Assembly (NCBI GenBank): GCA_964479955.1
Contig: CAYZNK010000002.1
Coordinates: forward strand, 71,489-135,488
DNA: 64,000 bases
DNA from: an uncultured Candidatus Saccharibacteria bacterium
GTDB taxonomy: Bacteria; Patescibacteriota; Minisyncoccia; Minisyncoccales; Staskawiczbacteraceae
Direction: 5' to 3'
Program-made: the position numbers and the translations under genes
Notes under the pieces: model-generated
What the model was told of the DNA's origin: nothing
Databases searched by the model: none
Seen by the model: only the letters and a program-made list of their open reading frames with translations
Shown: positions 63,391-64,000 of the stretch, one piece after another
Position numbering within the stretch: the first letter of the stretch is position 1
How the letters are laid out: the number at the start of each line of letters is the position of its first letter

Positions 63391-64000
63391 ATGTTTCTTT
63401 TTTTTAATATTGTTTGTTACATCAGAAACTCAAAATATATTTTGTTTTGGTTGTATTTGTGGCAGTTAAAAGAATATCATATAGGGAGATTTTTAGACCA
63501 TTTCAGAACACATAACGGCAAAAAGCTTATAGTTAACCCTCTTTTTCTGGCAAAGATTGCTCTTTTAATATTATTTTATTTTTTGTCATCAAAATCTTGG
63601 GCGTGGTATTCTTTACTTTCCATAATTTATCTTTTTGAATCAATTTTGTTCTTGGGGCAAATATTCAAAAAAACATATAAGAGCCCGGTCAGAACAACCA
63701 AAATTTTGTTTTTGACATGCGCTTCTTTTTCCGTTGCTATAATTTATTTTTCCCTGATTTTAATATTTTCTCCATTTCAATTATTCCCGTTTTGGTTTTT
63801 ACTTTTTGATATTTTGGCTCCTATTTTTGTTTCTTTTCCGGTGCTTTTATTTCAGCCGTTATCTGTTTTTGCAAGAAATATTATTTTAAAAAAAGCTAAG
63901 GATAAAATTTCTAAATTCAAGGATTTAAAAGTTATCGCCATTACGGGGTCATACGGAAAAACAACAACAAAAGAGTTTTTAACAACCATTCTATCTCAAA
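63391..64000 (+). CDS. murF: Mur ligase (MurF-like) with N-terminal membrane domain, 5' part (runs off the window)
   Basis: Own translation from ATG 63391 is open to the window end. It has 5-6 hydrophobic helices and then VIAITGSYGKTTTKEF (Mur ligase P-loop). Confidence 0.65.
   Translation, partial: MFLFFNIVCYIRNSKYILFWLYLWQLKEYHIGRFLDHFRTHNGKKLIVNPLFLAKIALLILFYFLSSKSWAWYSLLSIIYLFESILFLGQIFKKTYKSPVRTTKILFLTCASFSVAIIYFSLILIFSPFQLFPFWFLLFDILAPIFVSFPVLLFQPLSVFARNIILKKAKDKISKFKDLKVIAITGSYGKTTTKEFLTTILSQ

Overview
All calls below come from reading the sequence and ORF track by eye; nothing was computed or searched. The window is an AT-rich bacterial chromosome segment. Its gene content and rRNA layout look like a small-genome, fermentative, CPR/Patescibacteria-like organism, which is an inference, not a computed placement. 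Backbone genes are almost all on the plus strand. They include cell division and shape genes (FtsB-like, ftsE/X, ftsZ, mreC/D, PBP2, murF 5' part) and translation factors (prfB with the +1 frameshift, an N-terminally short prfA, tsf, greA). They also include central carbon and acetate genes (galU, trxB, eno, gpmA, gap, pduL-ackA, ppsA, pfkB-type kinase, fba), r-proteins L25/L31/S2, lysS, serS and 6 tRNAs. The 16S (about 36.1-37.6 kb) is unlinked from a 5.1-kb 23S plus 5S unit (48.8-54.1 kb). The 23S carries two LAGLIDADG-encoding group I introns, one in the H69 loop and one inside the sarcin-ricin loop, plus four helical insertion sequences. Several unexplained layers sit on this backbone. (1) The 16S 3' tail lacks CCUCC and backbone genes lack Shine-Dalgarno motifs, yet about ten GC-richer orphan cassettes carry their own TTGACA-type promoter, SD-like motif and terminator; one of them (57.7-58.45 kb) appears non-coding. 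(2) A family of 95-165 nt hairpin elements shares one small core hairpin; two copies are built around duplicated tRNA 3' ends (tRNA-Gln, tRNA-Ala) and two sit at the 3' ends of minus-strand cassettes. (3) Short GC-rich palindromic or dispersed motifs are inserted in frame into housekeeping genes and into 23S. (4) There are tRNA oddities: half-copies flanking tRNA-Ile and non-canonical T-loops. No CRISPR array, integrase, transposase, reverse transcriptase or prophage was seen.
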